From the NCBI GenBank assembly GCA_951406725.2, contig OX597816.1, positions 120,280,001 to 120,344,000 of the forward strand: DNA of 64,000 nucleotides. Direction: 5' to 3'. This DNA comes from Octopus vulgaris. Its lineage: Eukaryota. Every line of letters starts with the position of its first letter. Position 1 is the first letter of the stretch. Under the pieces are notes generated by a model. The model was not told the origin of the DNA. It ran no database searches and saw only the letters and a program-made list of their open reading frames with translations. The position numbers and the translations under genes were made by a program. Positions 58,116 through 64,000 of the stretch are shown here, in pieces.

Positions 58116-59714
58116 CTATGAGTCACACCTGCGCATATGAGCCACATCTGGACCTCTGTGTGTATGTACGAAAGGTTTCTGCTCATGTTTCGTTTGCAAA
58201 ATTTCCCTCATAAGGCAGTGGTTAATTCGAAACTGTTCTAGAAGACATTTGCTAAAGATACTCGCAGCGGTATTGAATCCGGAATGTTATGGCTGCAGAG
58301 TGAACTTCGTAACCGCAAAGCCATGCCCAGTTTCTAAATAAGTCTGAATAATTAATAGCCATTTTATCGTACTTGTATATAAAGATATACATATTTGCAA
58401 TTATACACACCATCCTTACTTCTCATTTTAAATTCAACACCAAAAATACTTAATCAAAACACACATGCATGCAGAATTGAGTCCTGTAACACAGACAAAC
58501 ATATGCTGACAAATATAGTACTGTCATCGATTCGTTCTTGATATTCATACGTATTTATTTTGCGAAATTGTATAACCAGTTACAGGGGTTATATGAATAA
58601 ATTGCATTTTTTAACAACTCATATCGTACACTCCGTGACATCAAGATATTGATTATTAACTTTCCAAAAAAAAAAAAAGATAGTCTCTGTTTTTTAAAAA
58701 CCGACCTTTAAGCATATATTCAAGTAACAGAACTACCTAAATAGCGCTACTTTTATCAAGAGTTTGTTTTTCAAGTATGTGGTTGTCGGATATGCTTTTC
58801 AGTGGTTAATATGTCTCATCTTAAATTTATATATATGTATGTATAATTTTATATACTTTGAATTATGAAGTTGCCAATAATTAAAGACATATTTATAAGA
58901 ATTTAGTTCAAATGTATAAAGTAATTGTATAAAGCATGTTCCTATATTTTTAACTAGATAAAATTCACTACTATAGCAACTATCGTTGCCTAATTCTGTA
59001 GACATCACATGGTTTTTAAATATCTTAAAATTGTTATCTGACATGCTAAATGATGAGATTATTAGCAATGTAAGTATGAAACTTTCAGAATCGTCTATTT
59101 GCAAAGAAATAGAAAATTATATTTTGTGCTTTTAACACGTGACAAACAAATGGAAGTTTCCGATTTATGCCTGCCTAAAACTGCTTTATTGATCGAAAGT
59201 AAAGAATAAAACAGAACATTCACCAAACTACTGATACTAGTTTAAGGTTGTTAATAAAATGTAAATCCGATATATTGAGACAGAAAACATAAATTCCAAT
59301 GGACATACACAGACACAAACACACACACATGTATGTATATCGTTTTGAAAGAATGAAACATTTGTTATTCTGTGGTGCAAATTTCAAGGAGGGAGCTTAA
59401 TGCAAGTTACTGTTTATGTGTAGTATGTACACTCTAAAAATGGAAGTTAAAACATAAGCTTAGCAAATGTCCTAATTTCGTTAATTATTTCTCTAAATGA
59501 ACATTGAATTAAATTACATAATATGATGAGAACCAACTTAATGTATAAAACATCTTATCAGACTGATGGGTAGTTCTTGTTTCTTAGAATAGGTAACACA
59601 TTCTTTTTTTTACTTCACCGCAGTACTTTGACATAATTTCGTATACTTTTTCGCTTCCTTGGATCCAATAATGCAAAGATCAAATGAACCCATTCTGAGT
59701 AAATTTTGTATATT

Positions 59715-60129
59715 CTTTTATTCTTTTCCTTGTTTCAGTCATTATACTGCAGCCATGCTGGAGCATCGCCTTAAAGAGTGTTAGTTGAAGAAATCCTCCC
59801 CAGGACTTATTCTTTGTTAATCTAGTACTTATTCTAACGGTCTCTTTTGCCGAACCGCCAAGTTACAGGAATATAAACACACCAGCGTCGGTTGTCAAGC
59901 GATGGTGGGGAAACAAACACACACTCACATATATATATATACATACATACATACTATATAATACTATATATATATACACACGACGGGCTTCTTCAGTTTC
60001 CGTCTACCAAATCCACTCACAAGGCTTTGGTCGACCCGAGGCTATAGTAGAAGACACTTGCCCGAGGACTGAACCCAGAACCATGTGGTTGGAAAGCAAG
60101 CTTATTATCACACTGCCACGCCTACGCCT
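59715..60129 (-). mobile_element. SINE family A, full length
   Basis: Reverse complement of the 16670-17055 type, including head and internal microsatellite. Confidence 0.88.
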
Positions 60130-62316
60130 ATAAGGAAAATCTTTACATATCTTCTTTTTGAAAGTTGCTTCCTGAATTCCCGTCATAGGATTTGTACGTA
60201 TGGGAAGAGCTCTGTAATAGTAAGCAAAGCAAATCAAAACTCCCTACATTCTATTGACAATAAAAGTTGCAATGGTTTAAAATCTAGCCATCTTGTAACA
60301 GGTTACAACTGGAATAAATTATTTTTTAATGAAGAAAACAATAAAAGTAATATTGTGAAATATTGATCTTTAGTTTTGGCGTAAGACCAACAATTTTAAA
60401 GAAGTAACGCGAAAATTCTCCAGTCTAAACAAATGTCGAGCAATATTTTCCTAAGAGAGAATTTATTTTATATGACAAAACATTGCAAAGGAGTCATTTA
60501 TTTAAAAGACGATTAAATCTGCATTTAGTTTTCATAATTAATATCATAGATCTTCTGACGCACCAGAAAAAAAAAAAATTGGAAGAGAGTATAGTGTTTT
60601 GAATGGACATGTTCCTATTAGTGATGTGTATGTTCTTAGTTAATTGACTTTAATATAATTTGAATACCCAATGTTATGTGGTTTTCGAAGATAAAAAGAT
60701 ACATAACCTTGTGTAATTCTGCTGGAATCATTTGAGATTACAATGGATGATATTTTTATAAAGTGCCGGTGGCTAAAGGAAAGAAGCAATTTATTGACCG
60801 TGGAGTTATAAAGTGCTGCAAAAACAAGGGCTAACTATGTGGTATATTGGAGTATCAACGTTGTATAGGTGAAATGATGTAGAACGATGAGAACATTCAA
60901 GAATGTCTGTTGTAGGCTGCGGTCCGTCAGAAATTTCATAAAAAAGCAAAGATCATTGTTCTACCAGCGAGGATAGGGAAATTATTATACTAGAGAGAAA
61001 ATAAACTGGCAGTCTGCTGGAGTTGAAAGAGAATATGAGCAGAAGAAACATTAATTCGATCTTTGAAGTAAAATATAACGAAATATTTGTTTTGCAAAAG
61101 GTCAGAAACTGTTCCAGTCTAAATAATGCACTCTTACCCATTCTGCTATTTCAGAAGAGATATTAAACCTGAAATAAAATAGAAAGAAAATGAATGAAAT
61201 CAAACTGAAATATTACATTAAACACTGTGCTAAGTATTTGAATGTATTTTGTATCGTTAATTATTAATATAGCCACGAATACTGGGAAGAAATTATGTTG
61301 CTGCGTATGTGAACTAAAATTTATATTATTTTTCTCTTATTGATTTAATTTCTGGTAGAATCCACAACTTATCCAGCATATATACGACTGACTCGATGGG
61401 AAATGAAAATTTTAAAAAACGAAAAACGATTATTTTGTTTAGTAATGATTAATAAAAAAGGTTCGGCTTCCTCGCTCAGTTTCTGGGATATCAATGCAGA
61501 TACTCAAGTATTCATTCAAGCAAACAACAAGTTCGAAATAAAACAACAAAATCTAATTTCTTGCCGGTTGCATATGTCAGAAGAAAAGAAATATTGTTGT
61601 AGCAGTTTTAAAAATATAGCCATTATAACGAAAGTTTGTGGAAGTGCACTTGATATTATTGATCCTTGTATCTTCAATTATATCAGCACTGATGGAATAA
61701 AAACTCTGGCAATATTTGAACTTAAATATAAATGATCCCAAACGAAATACTATAAAACATCTCACTCCAAACGTAATTCAACTAAATGTTCTCCGTTTCA
61801 AATACGAGCAGAGCTTAACGTAAATCTGTGTCAAGCGGTTTCACTCTCCATGCTTTAGCTTCGTTACTATAGCAACAATCCGGATACTTATTGATCAGAC
61901 CACATATTACTTCTTAATTTGGAACAGTAACTTAATAAAATTACTCACGAAATAAACAGTATTCTTGCTTTTTCCAAAATTAACCTGCATTTAGCCTTAG
62001 TGAGCGCGTGGAAATTAAAAGAGAGATTACCGAAGAATTCAAGAGAGGATTACAGATAATATTTTTATCAAGCACGAGTTGTGCGAGTTGTCCAAATGGA
62101 ATGTTCTGATGAAGAATTAGAAAAAAAGTCAGTCTCATTTTCTGATAATTAGCAATGATCTTATTTTGATGATATTAACTTTGAAAGATATGGAACTGAC
62201 TCACCAAATTAACTATCAGCATTTCTTTCTTGTTATACAAGTATAATTTAAATGAGTTGAGATGATGCCTTCTAGTATCTCAAAATGTAATATACAATTA
62301 TTCATAATTGTAGTGT

Positions 62317-62407
62317 CCTACGCTGATGAGAAAAGAAGTTGGGTAAGGTAGAATTATCTAATTCTTATGCTTTCCTAAAACTTGATTTCGAAACGTACGT
62401 CCGTAGG
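62317..62407 (+). ncRNA. Type I hammerhead ribozyme with canonical core
   Basis: CCTACG-CTGATGA-GAAA..TTTC-GAAAC-GTAC-GTC-CGTAGG. Perfect 6-bp stem I, G10.1:C11.1 pair, palindromic stem III ACGTACGT, GUC site with predicted cleavage after C62401. Confidence 0.87.
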
Positions 62408-62596
62408 TGACTTAAAATTGTATGATAGATTGCCGTCATTTCATTCTCTCTTACCTGTCTGTGTTTGCTTTTCAAGTGCTGTGTTTTTACTGAGATCTCC
62501 CTTTTAGTAGAAAGAATAGCTATAACTCTTTGACTGCTATTTCTAAATTCGGTGTGTGGTGAGGCAATTCGTTGCTAAACCCTTAATTGCTTAGTA

Positions 62597-63280
<684 letters not shown>

Positions 63281-63309
63281 ATGCCAGTAAGCAGACTGAT
63301 ACCTGAGGG

Positions 63310-63990
63310 TTGCATCAAGTAGCCTCTAGTGGCGGAAGTCTGAACTACAACGGACTTGTCCTACAGAACACGTTTCTGGTTACTTCCCCGTTCATGTAAG
63401 TAATACAGATATTTAGTTGTCATGGGAGGGTCATCTCGCCAATAATAATAACACACGCTCTGCTTCAATTCCACTTCTTTATTATAAATAATTTGTTTAA
63501 ATATCTAAGCAGCTAACTAATCAATCATTTGCTGAATATGTTGGTTAAACATTCAATCGGTTATTTTATTTTTTTGTTTTTTTTTTACTCAATTTCTTTC
63601 GCTGCTGTTCGCAAACTTTTCAGTTACTCGTGACTCCCTACTTGCTCCAAAGTCTGCTTTCGTCTCAAAAGTAGACCTTAGCAGACCTTGTTGCGAGTAG
63701 GAAGTCACTTGTCCCAGTAAAGATTACGAACTGCAATGAAAGAACCTTGACAGACAAGGTTGCGAACAATAACGAAAGAACTTTGGCAAACAATCAATTG
63801 ATTGTTTAACTAATGCGTTAAAGAAACGATCGATTTGTTAGTTGGGTAGCTATTTAACAAGTTGACTAATAATTAGTTATTAATTACAAATAGATCAGGT
63901 TTGCCTGGAAAATGTATTTCAGTCTTTTAAATATAGAATAACTGGAGTCCATAAATCTTTCGTCTATCGCGAGATCACTTGAAATCATGG
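63310..63990. repeat. Foldback/MITE-like long hairpin centred near 63670
   Basis: 63630-63658 pairs with 63680-63708; 63594-63618 with 63756-63780; 63478-63565 with 63790-63882; weaker pairing further out. Confidence 0.8.
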
Positions 63991-64000
63991 GTTTAATTCC

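Overview
AT-rich, repeat-saturated eukaryotic DNA with no supportable host protein-coding gene. The SINE families and (TA)n-rich composition suggest a coleoid cephalopod (Octopus-like); this is recognition, not a search result. Content: (1) two tandem minus-strand copies of a young APE+RT LINE inserted in (TA)n tracts. One is apparently full length (5462-10718), with an unusual Myb/SANT-like plus CCCH-finger ORF1, a tandem-monomer 5' region and an RT deletion; the other is 5'-truncated with an intact RT. (2) Several decayed Penelope-like retroelement remnants and four hammerhead-ribozyme-like motifs with long stem II, one with a fully canonical core (62317-62407). (3) Decayed DNA transposons: mariner DD34D, DD37D, DD41D, hAT, piggyBac and a Helitron-like element. 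(4) Three recurring tRNA-derived SINE families, one sharing its 3' tail with the LINE including a covarying hairpin. (5) Two large foldback structures (32175-35680 and 63310-63990). Most ORFs in the supplied track are translations of microsatellites. Boundaries of decayed elements are by-eye estimates.
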